Shown here: piece by piece, positions 38,449 through 51,563 of the stretch
How positions within the stretch are numbered: position 1 is the first letter of the stretch
Layout of the letters: each line of letters starts with the position of its first letter
Assembly (NCBI RefSeq): GCF_964194155.1
Contig: NC_135908.1
Coordinates: forward strand, 7,874,001-7,938,000
Origin: Cetorhinus maximus
Taxonomy: Eukaryota
Reading direction: 5' to 3'
DNA length: 64,000 nt
Translations under genes and position numbers: made by a program
The notes under the pieces: model-generated
What the model was told of the DNA's origin: nothing
Seen by the model: the letters and a program-made list of their open reading frames with translations, nothing else
Database searches by the model: none

Positions 38449-38619
38449 AAAATACCTGGAAAAACTCAGCAGGTCTGGCAGCATCTGCGGAGAGGAGCAC
38501 AGTTAACGTTTCGAGTCCGAATGACCCTTCAACAGTTGAAGGGTCATTCGGACTGGAAACGTTAACTGTGTTCCTCTCCGCAGATGCTGCCAGGCCTGCT
38601 GAGTTTTTCCAGGTATTTT
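38449..38619. repeat. 171-bp near-perfect palindrome of Penelope-tail sequence
   Basis: 85-bp arms around a single nucleotide (38534), about 3 mismatches. Confidence 0.9.
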
Positions 38620-38978
38620 TGTTTTTGTTTTGGATTTCCAGCATCCGCAGTTTTTTGCTTTTATCAGGCTAAGCTGTAAGGGCCTTCACTTGGGAATTTT
38701 GCTTAGTGACACTTTGCCAAAAAGAATGGAACTTGAGCGACAGAGCAGGTTGTTTGGCAATCACGGCATCGTATTCTAGCATCGGACAGTATTTTCAGAA
38801 GAGGAAACTAATACCTGCAGGTACTAACTGTTCTTGGACAACATTGTTGTCTTATCACTGTTGTCTCCATTCTTTATACCACAAGGGCTACATTGCATTT
38901 TTATAAAGAGATACAAATCACATGGCCCACTGATTTGGGGAAAAGCCAAGGAGCTAACATGCTCACTGCCACACTCAC

Positions 38979-39045
38979 CTTGCCTCCACCCTGAGCTACC
39001 ATGATTCCACGATCCTCCGGGGCCTCAACCAGAGACAGGAACACC
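38979..39045 (-). CDS. UNC45A: UNC45A exon 15 (VFLSLVE...VAQGGGK)
   Basis: 67 nt, tttcag / gtgagt. Confidence 0.95.
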
Positions 39046-39092
39046 CTGAAATACAGAGAGGGTTTGAAGTTCTGAGTCTTACACCACTTCCA

Positions 39093-39246
39093 CTCTGTTA
39101 CAGGGCTGCTAAGTAACGCAGTAGTAAGTAACTCTCTGTTACAGGGCTGCTAAGTAACGCAGTAGTAAGTAACTCTCTGTTACAGGGCTGCTAAGCAACA
39201 CAGTAGTAAGTAACTCTCTGTTACAGGGCTGCTAAGTAACGCAGTA
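39093..39246. repeat. 41-bp tandem repeat, ~3.7 copies
   Basis: Unit CTCTGTTACAGGGCTGCTAAGTAACGCAGTAGTAAGTAACT. Confidence 0.95.
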
Positions 39247-40241
39247 AAAAGGCTGTTTAACCTGGTTGTGAGTGAATGAAGAGGACCAAGGCTCTGAAAC
39301 ACTGGACACTGGCACAAACATTGCCTGAAGTTGGTAGATAGATCTACAAACAGTGGCAGCTACTCCCTCAGCATCACCCTTACTGACAGCATCGCTAACC
39401 ATCTGCTCAGTACCATCGGATAGTACATTTATAGACTGAGCCATGGGCAGGTTAGGGGGCAAAAGAGTTAAAACTCCTGTACATTTTTAACATAAAGCTT
39501 AAGTTAATCCTCTAACCAAGTCTATGGCCTCTCAAATCTATCTACTGAGAAACCAAAAAAGTGTCTGCTTGCTGGTTAATCAATATACAGTCTACTCCAA
39601 CATAAAGTTTTAAAGCACCTATTGGAAAAGTTAATGCTTAGGGACCAGGTGTTGGCAGAGACACCACCGGAGTTTGGTTCACACATGCTGGTTCAGCCAG
39701 GACCAGGAACACCCACAGGAATACTGGCTTACAGAGTTATCTGGTGCTGAGTGAGGATGTTCTTAATTCCTAGTGATAAACCAGGCTGGTTAGTAAAACC
39801 AGTAATACAATGGACCCAGTTTTGTTGTGTTACACGAGTTTGGTTCAGTGGTAGCACTCTCACCTTTCAGTCATAAGGCTGCGAGTCAGGAGCCAGTGAC
39901 TGGAGTAATTCAGTGCATTACTGAGGGAGTTCCGCACTGCCATCTTTCTTTCTTTGTGGCTTCAAGTCCCATTCCAGGGCTTGCGTGAGTCTTTGTGTAG
40001 TGCTGAGGGAGCCATCCTTTAGACTGAGGCCTTCTATGCCTGTTGCAGTGATTCAGGCAGATGAAAGGTCCCATAGCACTATTTGAAGAGCAGAGAGTTC
40101 TTCTGGTAACCTCCCTCAGACATCTTGTAGCCATTTGTACCATCTTGCCCACAAAACAACAGGTCATGGCACTAAATAAGTCACTGTATGTGAAACGCTT
40201 CCTATGCAACAATAGTTTGATTAATGCAGCCATACACATAC

Positions 40242-40369
40242 CGAGTAATCATTTCCTTGCAGGAATCTGTCAAGGCTGGACTCTCCTTCTTTGTCATACA
40301 CACCAGTGCTGACACCACCCCTGCCTTCAGCAGCTTCCCAATCCGTTTCCCTACATACTTGGGTTTATC
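40242..40369 (-). CDS. UNC45A: UNC45A exon 14 (DKPKYVGKR...CKEMIT)
   Basis: 128 nt, ttgcag / gtatgt. Confidence 0.95.
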
Positions 40370-41241
40370 CTGCAATTCAGAAAATGTCACGTTAAGTGCT
40401 GAATCATTTTTCAGTTCTCAAAAAGAATTGAGGTGCTGATTGGAAAAAAAATGCCTTTAGCTCGTGGGGTGGTTAGAATATGAAGCTCTCTGCCAGAAGC
40501 CACTGACGTACACTGAAGTCGGGAAGCGGTGCTTCACAGAAGTTGACACCTGGAACTTTCTCCCCCATATGCAGGGATATGGAATAAAAATGGGTATGGA
40601 GTTCAGGAGCAGATCAGCCATGATCTAACTGAATTGTAGAGCGGGCTTGAGAGGTTGCCCTCCTGTTTCTATAATTTTACTTTTATAAAAGCAAGGCAGT
40701 TGTTTGAAAAAAATGAGGAATATTAAAAAGTACAGCAAGTGAACAGGAGACTGGGATTACAGTAGCTGGCATTTTAAAGGGTGTTGGGAGTGGTACTGAA
40801 CTGGGCGAGATGTAGAGAAAATCAGATGCACAGATTTGATGGACAAAAAGGGATGTTTCTGTGCTGGATCATTCTGGGATGGGGTTTACAGCCCCACCAG
40901 CTCTCCATGACCAAAAGATTGCTCTTTGTGAGTGAACTGAGAGACAGAGTCAACAGGTACTCGATGGTGGCAGAGGGAAATCGCAGCTGATCTTGATCAG
41001 ATTTCCGCCAACCTCCTCACAGACACAATCCTCGCAGGAGTCAGCAGATCAGGAAGAGAAGCATGGGTGATTATTTCCTCTCCCTGTACCAAGCAGCACT
41101 GAGGACCAATAATAATGTCCCAACTAACTCAGCACAGGCTGGGGAATCAGATCTGGAACTTTGCAGATCTGTATGGCTCATGGGCAGAGCAAGAATAACT
41201 AGTATCATTCCCTGTAAACACAGGCAATAACTGTTATGTAC

Positions 41242-41382
41242 CTTTGGGTGCTCCTCTGGAACATGCTGCTTGGCGTATTTGGCCAGTTCCAGAAGCTGTG
41301 GATCAGGAGTCTCCTTATCGTAGCTGTTCGTGCAGTTTACAAGGGTTGACGCAACTGCATAGAGAGCAGTTTTATCCTCCGA
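41242..41382 (-). CDS. UNC45A: UNC45A exon 13 (SEDKTALY...KQHVPEEHPK)
   Basis: 141 nt, caccag / gtacat. Confidence 0.96.
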
Positions 41383-42081
41383 CTGGTGAGGGAACAAAAG
41401 CGAGGCATCGTTGTACACAAAACAGGAAGGACAGAAGAGCAGTAAACACTGATCATTCATCTCATTATGAATCATAAAATAGGAATGTTAGACTTTAATC
41501 ACAAACAACCCAGATAGATCATTAATAGATATAATGTTTCAACCACTCAACCGAGGCTCCTCCTGCTGAGATTCAGTTCCAGAACAGCGACCAGCAGCTT
41601 CCAGTATCTCACCCAGTTGAGCTGAAGCAGTGAACCTCTACAGCCTGTTAGATTGTGCAGATTACCAGAGCTGTGCCCAATCCTGTCCTCACTTTGCATT
41701 CACACACACACACACCACCCCCCACCCGACCCGCTTTGTAGAGACAGTCAGGAGTGGGAACAATGGCTGGCTTTTCTCCTCCCAATCCCAGGGGCTAGCC
41801 TAATAATAGCAACCTGTATTGTTATCCTTGTGATTAACTTGGTAGAGGTTAGGAATCAAACAGGACAGTGCAGTGCTTATTACCCACAAGGTCACTGGTG
41901 GACTTGAACACTATCTCTGTATAACTGCATGGAAAGCCAAACATGTGAAGCACCTCAAAGGGTTAACATGCCAAAGTTGCTCCAACAAATCCGAAAGATG
42001 CAGCCAGAGGATGGGATACAGACCAGTGAACACGCATATCTTCCACTTTTCCCTTTGTCGCTCACTTTGCTGGCTGTTTAC

Positions 42082-42223
42082 CTTTGCCAGTTCAAACATA
42101 GCCTCCACTGCAGGCTGGTCATCCACAAACTCCTCCTTCACATCAGCATCAAAGGTCAGATAGGCCAATCCCTCCATCGCCCAGCGCCGTGTGCTGGACT
42201 GAATCGAGTCGTTGCATAACCAC
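42082..42223 (-). CDS. UNC45A: UNC45A exon 12 (WLCND...[16 protein letters not shown]...AK)
   Basis: 142 nt, tgccag / gtaaac. Confidence 0.96.
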
Positions 42224-42469
42224 CTGGCAAGATCAGAACAAGAGTGTGATCAGAAAGAGCCTCGGTGCATCATCCATCACTTTACACCTCCTCCATGATC
42301 AGTTTAGAGTGCTGAGCCCATTAACAGGGCTGCAGTAGTAGTTAACACAGCTGCACTTTCAGCTTCTGTCCCCGTTGCTCTCCTCTCCTCGACTGTTTTT
42401 ATATTGTTTATGTATTGTGGATCTGGTACAGTTAACAGCCGTAACAATCAAAATAAACAAGACAGATTG

Positions 42470-43530
42470 ATTGAACAGGTTGGAGCTCTTTAACCTAGAA
42501 AAGCCAAGGCCAAGGGAGACCTGATAGAGGTCTTCACAATTATGAAGAGTTCTGATAAGGTAGATCTAGAAAAGATGTTTCCACTTGTTGGGAAGACCAG
42601 AATTAGGGGCCATAAATCCAAATGGAATTCAGAGAAACTTCTTTACACAGAGAGTGGTGAGAATATGGAACTTGCTTTCAGTAGCTGAGGTGAATAATAT
42701 CAATAAATTTAAGGGGAAACTGGATAAACACATGTGGGAAATAAATAAAAGGATATGCTGATAGAGTGAGGTGAATAGGCATGGGAGGAAGCTCATGTGG
42801 ACCATCTCCAACAAGAGAGAATCTAATCATCTCCTCTTGACATTCAACGGCATTACTATCACTGAAACCCCACTATCAACATCCTGGGTGTCACCATTAA
42901 CCAGAAACTGATTTGGACTAGCCATATAAATACTGTAGCTACCAAAGCAGGTCAAAGGCTAGGAATCCCACGGTGAGTAACTCACCTCCCGACTCCCCAC
43001 AACCTGTTCATAATCTATAGGGTACAGGTCAGGAGTGTGATAGAATATTCACCACTTGCCTGGATGCGTGCAACTCCAACAACTCTCAAGAAGCTTGACA
43101 CCAGCCAGGACAAAGCAGCCTGCTTGATTGGCACCCTATCCACAAACGACGCACATAAGCAGCAGTGTGTACCATCTACAAGGTACATTTCAGAAACTTA
43201 CTAAGGCTCCTTAGGCAGCACCTTCCAAGCCCACAACCGCTACCATCTAGAAGGGAAGGACAACGGCAGCAGATAGATGGGAACACCACTACCTGGAAGT
43301 TCCCCTCCAAGCCACTCACCATCCTGACTTGGGAATATATCAGCCGTTCCTTCACTGTCGCTGGGTCAAAAACCTGGAACTCCCTCCCTAACAGCACTGT
43401 GGGTGTGCCTACACCACATGGACTGCAGCGGTTCAAGGAGACTTACCATCACCTTCTCAAGGGCAATTAGAGATGGGCGATAAATGCTGGCCTAGCCAGC
43501 AAAGCCCACATCCCGTGAATGAATAAAATA
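42470..43530 (+). mobile_element. Composite of a CR1 3' tail and a second LINE 3' end in UNC45A intron 11
   Basis: 42800-43100 matches the reverse complement of 26340-26600; ends in ...cacatcccgtgaatgaataaa tail also seen at ~54290. Confidence 0.75.
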
Positions 43531-44174
43531 TATATATTTTAAAACACCAGCGTAGACCAGCTAGCTGAATGGCCTGTTTCTGTGCTGTAGACTGTGTGTA
43601 ATTCTATGTAATCTTTTAAAAATCAAACTGCTGTCCATCTTCCTAAGGCCAGTAAAACTTCTACTGGAGGGTGGCTGTGCGATCCGGTCAGGACGCAACC
43701 TTATGAATATGAACACACAGCCACAAAAAGCTCACAACAATTTTCCCATGCACAGACTGATGGACCTACAAAATGCAATTCCTGGTGGTTACACAACACA
43801 AAATTGTCCTTACTTAGCAATCTCAGTGAGAAGAACCATAGCATATATGGTATGGGAAGTGCAAAAATGCCACACTGGTGCAGTAGGAGGCGCTCTTCTG
43901 AGGTTGGAACTGAGGTACATTGTTACGGGCAGTGTAGAGGGAGCTTTTTAAAAATAGAAGCTCTATTCCCCAGCGTCCCACACCTCAATAAGCATGAATA
44001 GTATATAATACAAAATTAGAACTACTGAATAACTAAGGTCCTTCTTTCTCGAAAGGATTCTTCTCCATCTCCAGTTAAAATGGCACAGGACCTGTGCTCT
44101 TCCGCTCTCCCTGTGATTGAGTCACAGCATCACGACTGCACTCACAGCAACAGAATTATCAAAACGCAGCTCAC

Positions 44175-44269
44175 CTCCGGCATTGCTTTGCCAGTTTGCA
44201 AGTCGAACCTTCAGCAAACTGCTTCATGCTGTAGTCTGTTCCACCTGCAGAACCCACCTTGCACAAACC
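44175..44269 (-). CDS. UNC45A: UNC45A exon 11 ([22 protein letters not shown]...)
   Basis: 95 nt, tttcag / gtgagc. Confidence 0.95.
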
Positions 44270-44976
44270 CTGAAAAAGGAAGCAGATCAAATGTTGGACT
44301 TACACGACACAGGCTAGACCTCCACAGAAAGTTTGTACAGTGCCTATGAGATGGTGAGGTCAGAACCAAAGTGTCCTTTGTGTAGAAAATGTCAGTAAAG
44401 CTTATGACAGTCCCTCTAATAATCAGATGGGTCAAAGGGGAAGAAAAGTTTTGGAACGCGCACAGTGCTTTAAGTTCAGTGTTCCCTCAATAATATTTTT
44501 AACAAATATTATTTCCAACCAAGTCTGTCCCCTCCACTCCATTCCTGATGGTACTGGCTCATTGGAGTAAACTATCTAAATCAAGTAACCTCTATTCACG
44601 AGTGAAACTAGACATTGAAACTTAGCAATTATTCAACAACAAGGGGCATCACAGACAAAATCTGACATTCAGACATGCGCAATTGGGTGCTGTAACAATC
44701 AAAGTCACCCCTCCATAACCCAGGGGTCTTGAGGCACCTTTCATTCCAACCTGGTAGAGATTAGCCAACTTATTACAGACTCATTGGACCGCTGAACCTC
44801 TGCAGCCCAGAGGAATCAGGGTGGTCTCTGGGGAAAGAGGCAAAAATATCATATATTTAACCCCGCCTCGGGGAGTGGAAATGAAACGGGATGAGCTGCT
44901 CGGCTATCTATAAAACTTTTGCAAAGTTTTCTGACCACTATCCTAAACTTCGCCCGGTGAAATAGCCATGACCTAC

Positions 44977-45277
44977 CACCAAAGCCCGGATCTTGATTTG
45001 GTCACTTTCATTCCTCTTGTAGATGTCCTTCAGCAGGGTCACCCCGTTTGCAGTGATGAATGAAGCCCGCTTCGACTTGCCTGCCGTGTGGATGAGAGCT
45101 TCCACAGCGACCAGCTGGTCGATCTCCCGTTCCGAGCTGCACAACGCTATCATGCACTCCAAGATCCCGCTCATCTCCAGCACCCGGTTTCCAACCTCTG
45201 AGGGCCCCTGGAGTAGTGCGGACACAGTCTGGATGGCCTGCAGCTTTCCGTCCATTCCTGAAGACTCAAAGCGGTCC
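44977..45277 (-). CDS. UNC45A: UNC45A exon 10 (DRFESSG...IKIRALV)
   Basis: 301 nt, cgcag / gtaggt. Confidence 0.96.
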
Positions 45278-45851
45278 CTGCGCAGGGGAATAATTCAGCT
45301 GCGGTTTTTTTTTTTAATTATATTATTCCCTAATCTCTGCTTTATTCCAAGACATAAACTCCTGTTACCAAGTCACATAAGGGGATATTAGGACAGGTGA
45401 CCAAAAGCTTGGTTAGAAAGGTAGGTTTTAAGGAGAGGAAGGTAGAGAGGTGAAGGCGTTTAGGAAAAGAATACCAGATCATCGCGTCTCAACAGCTGAA
45501 AGTACAACAACCAATGGTGGAGTCATTAAAATCAGGGATGCTGAAAGGGCCAAAATTGGAGAGGCGCAGGGAACTCAGAGGGTTGTAGAGCTGCGGACGT
45601 TACAGGGATAGGGAGGGGTGAGGTCACGGAGGGATTTGAATACCAGGGACAGTGTTCGACTGTGAGGGCCAAGCCTCATAATTAGGCGCGTTTCTCTTCC
45701 AGCAGGAGTCACGGATATCAGAATTGTGGCTGATTTTTCTTTGTGAACAGGGGCATTAAGCATTATTGTTATTATCAGCTAACTCAGCACAGAGCAGGAA
45801 TTAGAGCTGCACCTTCCGGCCCCCTTTGTCATTCATATTCCAACTCCCTAC

Positions 45852-46023
45852 CTGACGTAATCTTCACAGAGTTTGTGAAAAGCTTCTCGCTCTGCATCAC
45901 ATTTGAGATCATCATAAAGTTTGTTCAGCAGCACCGACACGCTCATCCGACCACTGTCCGTTACTGAAAGGCTGTCAGGAATTTCTGAAACTGTGCCGGC
46001 CACTTCTAGAATCTTCTTCATTC
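45852..46023 (-). CDS. UNC45A: UNC45A exon 9 (MKKILEVAG...[11 protein letters not shown]...)
   Basis: 172 nt, atcag / gtaggg. Confidence 0.95.
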
Positions 46024-46369
46024 CTGATCAGCGCAGACAGAAGACAATTAGATATCTTGATCAGGTGAGATAAAGAGGGGTGGGAGGTGGCCCATGTGGA
46101 GTATAAATACCAACATAAGACTCGTTCGGCCGAATATTTCTGTGCTGAAAATTCTACGTATTTCTGTGTGATTGAATTATTTGGCACCCACTGTGAATGC
46201 CCCACTCTACAAAAGCCTCTCTTCTCACCCTAGTCCATCCAGGAGAGACGCAGGACACAGTGATTAGGTCCACATTGCATCAATGTGGAAGTAGCTGAAT
46301 ACCCACACCCAGAATTTGCATCTGGAAGAAAAACAAAGACAGGCAGAACCTGATCTCGTAGGCAGTAAA

Positions 46370-46670
46370 GAGAGCACCAAGGACTAGAGGGCACAGATTC
46401 AAAATAATTGGCAAAAGGAGTAAATGTGATGTGAGGGAAAGAATTTTTCACCCAGAGGGTGGCTGGAGCCTGGAACAAACTTCCTGAGAGGGTGGTGGAG
46501 GCAGGTTCGATCAAGGTATTCAAAAGGGAATTGGATTGCTCCCTGAAAAGAGCGAATGTGCAAGGTTACGGGGATAAGGCAGGGAAGTGGGACTAGGGGG
46601 AATGCTCTTTCTGAGAGCCAGTGCAGACTCAATGGGCCAAATGGCCTCCTTCTGCACTATAAATATTCTA
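46370..46670 (+). mobile_element. CR1-type 3' tail
   Basis: tttttcacccagagggtgg...gggccaaatggcctccttctgcact; related copies at ~49810-50050(-) and ~53160-53370. Confidence 0.75.
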
Positions 46671-47402
46671 TGATAAATGTCACTATATTTTAGTTTTAAT
46701 AAAGCAGTTGGACATGCGTCCCACAAGCTGACAATCGGATCAAATAGTCAGACCCTCAAAGCCTAGGTAGCCCAATTCCGCTCTGATGACAGGTCTGAAA
46801 TGTTAACTCTGTTTCTCTCTACATAGACACTGCCAGACCTGCTGAGTACTTCCACCGAATTCTGTTTTTATTTCAATTCTGCTCCTGCTGATTTCTTACT
46901 CCCTGCTTTGACACATTTGAGTCTTGTGGGATTGGAGATTTGTAAAGAGTTCCTCTTAACATTGTTACTGCGTTGGTAAATAATAGGAAATTAGAACAGC
47001 ATTAGTTAGTGTCTGTACATCGGTTTAAACTTTGTACCTGGTCAGCCTTGCCAAACAGGGGAACAGTAGGATAATGGTTATGTTACTGGAACAATAGTCC
47101 AGAGACCTGGACCAAATATCCAGAGACATGAGTTCAAATCCCACTGCAGCTAAAATCAGTTAATCAAACAAATCTGGAACAATAAGCTAGTGTCGCTAAT
47201 TGTGAGCATGTAACCAATGTACTGTCATTAAAAATCGATTCAGTTCACTAATGCAGCTTTGGGATGGAAATCTGTTGTGTGGCCTATATCTGACTCTGGG
47301 CCCACAACAATAAATGCTGGCCTCGCCAAACAGTGAACAAGTATTAAAAAAGTGGCTTTTCTGACACACACACGCACCCGGCTCCTTCAGTTTACGTCTT
47401 AC

Positions 47403-47573
47403 CCTGATCGATTACCCAGATCGTCATGGCGTTGTTGGGGTCCCGTAAGGACTTCCGTGGAACGTTCTTAACGAGGAGGTTAATGGCGTTGTCTCGGCCA
47501 TGGGTGGAAACCTGGCGCTGAATCAACATCTCCAGCAGCTGGTGGACTATCATCTTCAAATCTTTCATGGGTT
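47403..47573 (-). CDS. UNC45A: UNC45A exon 8 (PMKDLK...GRDNAINLL...WVIDQ)
   Basis: 171 nt, ttttag / gtaaga. Confidence 0.95.
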
Positions 47574-47868
47574 CTAAAAATCAATTTAAAAATCCTTAGC
47601 GATTCTAATACGCAGCTTAATTAATGTTTTACAATCTGGAAGAACTATTCACGTAATGTTCAAACTTTTCCATGTGTGGACCCCGTGTAACTACCAACAC
47701 TCTCCAGGGTACCCCCCCCAATTCAACACAATCTCAGGGACTCCTTTCTAAAAAGACAATGCCAGTTAACTAAAATAAAACTGTACTTTCGCTGCAGAAA
47801 TCATATGGTGACAGTCAAACTCCCGTTGTAAACGACGGAAAATCGTTCTCCCACGGAAAGCCACTCAC

Positions 47869-48037
47869 CGAGAACCAGTGCCTCCTCTTTCCCGCGAATA
47901 TCGCTTTTTATTCCACCTTTCAGTGAATCGAACATGCCTTGCAGGACATTGCACGCTGCCAGGGAAACCTGCTCCTTGTCACTGCCCATCACACGACAGA
48001 ACCTGTCCATTCCTACTGTATGCAAAATCACCATCGC
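47869..48037 (-). CDS. UNC45A: UNC45A exon 7 (AMVILHTVG...RGKEEALVL)
   Basis: 169 nt, ttgcag / gtgagt. Confidence 0.95.
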
Positions 48038-48603
48038 CTGCAAACAGGAATCAAAGCTAAACACAGGCGTTCAGATAAACACTAAGGTGCTACATAAATG
48101 CAAATTCTTTCTACAATAAAATAAATAGATACAGTTTAAACTGAATTCATTTCTGATGATGGGTGAGTCATGTTCCCCAGGACATAGCATTTAGCAGTTA
48201 CCACTGACGGATGATTGATTGAAAGATTCACAACGGGAGCAAAAAAAAATTAGAAATATATATTAAATATATTTTATAAAGCTCCCACTTCCTACCAGGA
48301 GACATAACTTCCTATATTCAAATTTTGTTTGAAAGCACTTCTGTGAAGCTCCTTGGAACATCTGACGATATTAAAGGCACCAAATAAGTAGAAATTATAC
48401 GATCTTTCATCATACTTCTGTATCAACATTTTCCAATTTAATTTTTGATGTGTCAACTGTCAAGATGGAGTCTCTGGTCACTAGGTGGCTCTGTAGAGCA
48501 AGGTTTCAGCTTCACAGACAATTTATTATTTTTTTAAAAAGAATTGAGGGTAGGTTCCCCACCCTGCTCCCCCCACCCCCCAAACACTGTCTGCCTGACT
48601 AAC

Positions 48604-48771
48604 CCGGGATTGGTGGCCTGAACACAACCCCACTAGAGTCCGTAGTGAAGCCAGCACAATGTCCATATCCGCAGTGTCCAACATCTTCTGCAGGAGGCGC
48701 ACTCCATCACTGCGAAAAATCCTTTCAGCTCCTGCGTCTTCCCGGGCAAGAACAATCAGATTCTGAACAGC
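48604..48771 (-). CDS. UNC45A: UNC45A exon 6 ([16 protein letters not shown]...HQSR)
   Basis: 168 nt, ctccag / gttagt. Confidence 0.96.
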
Positions 48772-49393
48772 CTGGAGGGGAAAGAAAAGATGAAAGGTCA
48801 TTGCCTCAATTTGGAGTGAAAAGATGTGGAAACTCTTGGTTTCAAAACTATATATTTTATAATTTAAATTTCAGCTGTGGCCCAGCTGATAGCACTGTTG
48901 CCTCAGAGTCAGAAGGTCATAAGGTCAAGTCCCATGCCAGGACTTGACCACAAACTAAAATGACCCTAGTGCAGTACGGAGGGAGTGTTGCACTGTCAGA
49001 GGAGCATTCTCTTGGTTGAGATTGTCAAACCTGCCTTCTCAAGAGAGCGTAAAAGATGCAATGGCACTAGTCAGAGAACAGCCGGGATTTTTTTTCCAAT
49101 ATCCAGCTGGAATTTATCCCTCAGTCAACATTATCAAGAACTAACTACCTGGTCATTTAACTAATGCTACACAATTCATTATGATGTAACCCATGCATGG
49201 AAGGAAAGAATCTACAATTACACTGTTGACGGTCTCTCCACAGTTCAAGGCGAATACAGAATGAAAACATTATACGCCCAGCATTACACTCTTCTGCAAA
49301 CCCAGGGACAGCTATCCCTGACCCAGACACTTGCTACCAGTAGCAAGTGCAGAACATTGTCTCCGACGAGAATAGTTTTAGGAAAGCACAGAC

Positions 49394-49486
49394 CTTTTGT
49401 TTCTTGTCAGAGTCTTTCTCGCCAGGATCCAAGAGGATGTTAAACATCTGCTCCACCCGGGCATCAGTGGAAGACTGTAGTCGGAC
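49394..49486 (-). CDS. UNC45A: UNC45A exon 5 (VRLQSSTDARVEQMF...KKQK)
   Basis: 93 nt, ttccag / gtctgt. Confidence 0.95.
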
Positions 49487-50468
49487 CTGGAATAGAGATA
49501 TGGGTTCAGCACAGTGAGGACATTACACTGGGAATAAAAAGAACTCATCAGCAGACTGAAGCTCAGTAGCGATGATACAGTCCTGAGTGATATTTACCAT
49601 CTTCGATTATTGGTACAACTTCACTATTTTTAAGGGGACTTTTTTTTAAATTCACACTTCAATATTGAGCAGTATGCTTCTTGTGAACAGCTCCAAGGGC
49701 TCTCTCCAAACTCTGCCCAAACTCTAGAATTGTATGAATATTTTACATACTCAGTTATCGTTTACTGAAGCCCAGTGATAACACAGAGTGAATGGGTAGG
49801 CTGCCTTGTCCATAAGACATAAGGAGCAGAAGTAGGCCATTCGGCCCATCGGGTCTGCTCCACCATTCAGTGAGATCATGGCTGATCCGATAATCCTCAA
49901 CTCCACTTTCCTGCCTTTTCCCCATAACCCCTGATTCCCTTACTGATTAAAAATCTGTCTCTCACAGCCTTGAATATACTTAACAACCCAACAGCCTCTA
50001 CAGCCCTCTGCGGTAAAGAATTCCACAGATTCACTACCCTCAGAGAAGAAAGTTCCTTGCAGATTTGTACTGCTAACACAAGGTGATCTTTCAGCGCATC
50101 CAGTCTGTGGTTTACTAGTTGAAAACCTGCTTTTAAATGTCTCTACTAGTGATTTCTCCCCTTTTCTCTTGACAGGAGTTTCTCAAAAAACAGGATACAG
50201 AGATGTGAGGAATAGCCAGCTAATTACTATGGCAGAATTATTGGAGTCAGGTTAAAACGATCTGTACAGTATAAAGAAACTGAAGAAAATCTTTATATCA
50301 TGCGACACTGACAATATATGAGGACCAGGGTTAAAAGGAAATGTCCAAAGACAATCCCAGCAGCGTATCTTACACACTTCTCTCCCTACCTTCAGATTTA
50401 GCTCCTCCTCATACAGGTCTCCCTCACCACCCAAACTGTCTCTTCCCTCCTACCCATCTGCCCCTTAC

Positions 50469-50644
50469 CTTCTCCTGGACCTTTGTTGCAATTTGTCGCA
50501 GCAATTCCTGAAATACTTTGTTCTTTGGTTCCAGAACAGCACATCTCTGGATATCAGCAAATGCCTGATCCAGTCTCCCCAGCTCCTGCAGGGCCTGGCT
50601 TCTGCGGAACAGAGCCTTCACATCCTTCCCATCCACCTCAATCA
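50469..50644 (-). CDS. UNC45A: UNC45A exon 4 ([14 protein letters not shown]...VQEK)
   Basis: 176 nt, ctcag / gtaagg. Confidence 0.96.
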
Positions 50645-51049
50645 CTGAGAACAAAAAGACAATCATTGCTGGGGAACAAACATTCTGAGGGTCAATAAGG
50701 ATCTACACAGAGATTTAACTACCTTAAACAAGTGGCACCAACGGGTGGAATCAACTGCCCACTGGAGAATGAGTTAAGAGATAATTTGGAGAGATGTTTG
50801 TGGGATAGATGTTTTTAGGACTGACCGAGTTCACAATAGAGTCTTTTCTGGTCCAGTACTTGTCCTCATGGTGCAATCTGAATGATTCCATCAGCCTCAT
50901 AAAGAGGATGGCGTGGACACAGACACACTATTCAGGCGATTCCTAATTCAAATATTCTGCGGTAGCACGTACACACAGCCAAGTAAAGAGGCTGACTCTC
51001 AGCACTGATGATTTATATATGCAAGATACATAAATTTCTTTTCACCCAC

Positions 51050-51086
51050 CTTTCGAGGCATCAGCTTCAGCTTTTGAGTACTCCTC
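51050..51086 (-). CDS. UNC45A: UNC45A exon 3 (EEYSKAEADASK)
   Basis: 37 nt, attag acceptor, donor gtgggt. Confidence 0.93.
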
Positions 51087-51226
51087 CTAATAAATAATGG
51101 GAGTAAACATACAAAAATCAGACATAGGCCTGAGCTAATTAAACAATCAGTACCAACTATAATTACTCGATTGACCAGTTTTCAAAAGGTCACCTGTAAA
51201 ATTTTGCTCATTTAATTTTTACTCAC

Positions 51227-51385
51227 TAGTTTAAGATAGCAGGCTGCTCTATTGCGATGCAGGACCATGCCCTCTGAAAAGTCCTGGGAAAGCTCAATTG
51301 CCTGTGTATAGCAACACAAAGCCCTCTCGTAGTCTCCCAATTTAAAATGTTTGTTGCCATCCTCCCGCAGCAGTGCCACACTAGT
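51227..51385 (-). CDS. UNC45A: UNC45A exon 2 (TPR: LREDGNKHFK...NRAACYLKL)
   Basis: ttgcag acceptor, 159 nt, donor gtgagt. Confidence 0.95.
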
Positions 51386-51563
51386 CTGCAACAAGAAAAT
51401 TATAAGAAATTAGGCTGTTCCTATCCAGCTGCTCATGGGTATTCATGGGAACAATTGGCCCTGATTTCACACTAAATTGGTAAACTTACACAAGAGGTCA
51501 AAAGGCTAGCTGGTACCACATTGCTGCACCTTACTGAGTTGGGACTGAGGTACATTATTGCAG

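Noticed and set aside
39835-39900. tRNA-like heads (tggttcagtggtagcactct...), also near 47075 and 48875
   Set aside because: Degenerate SINE 5' ends continuing into SINE body; no complete cloverleaf
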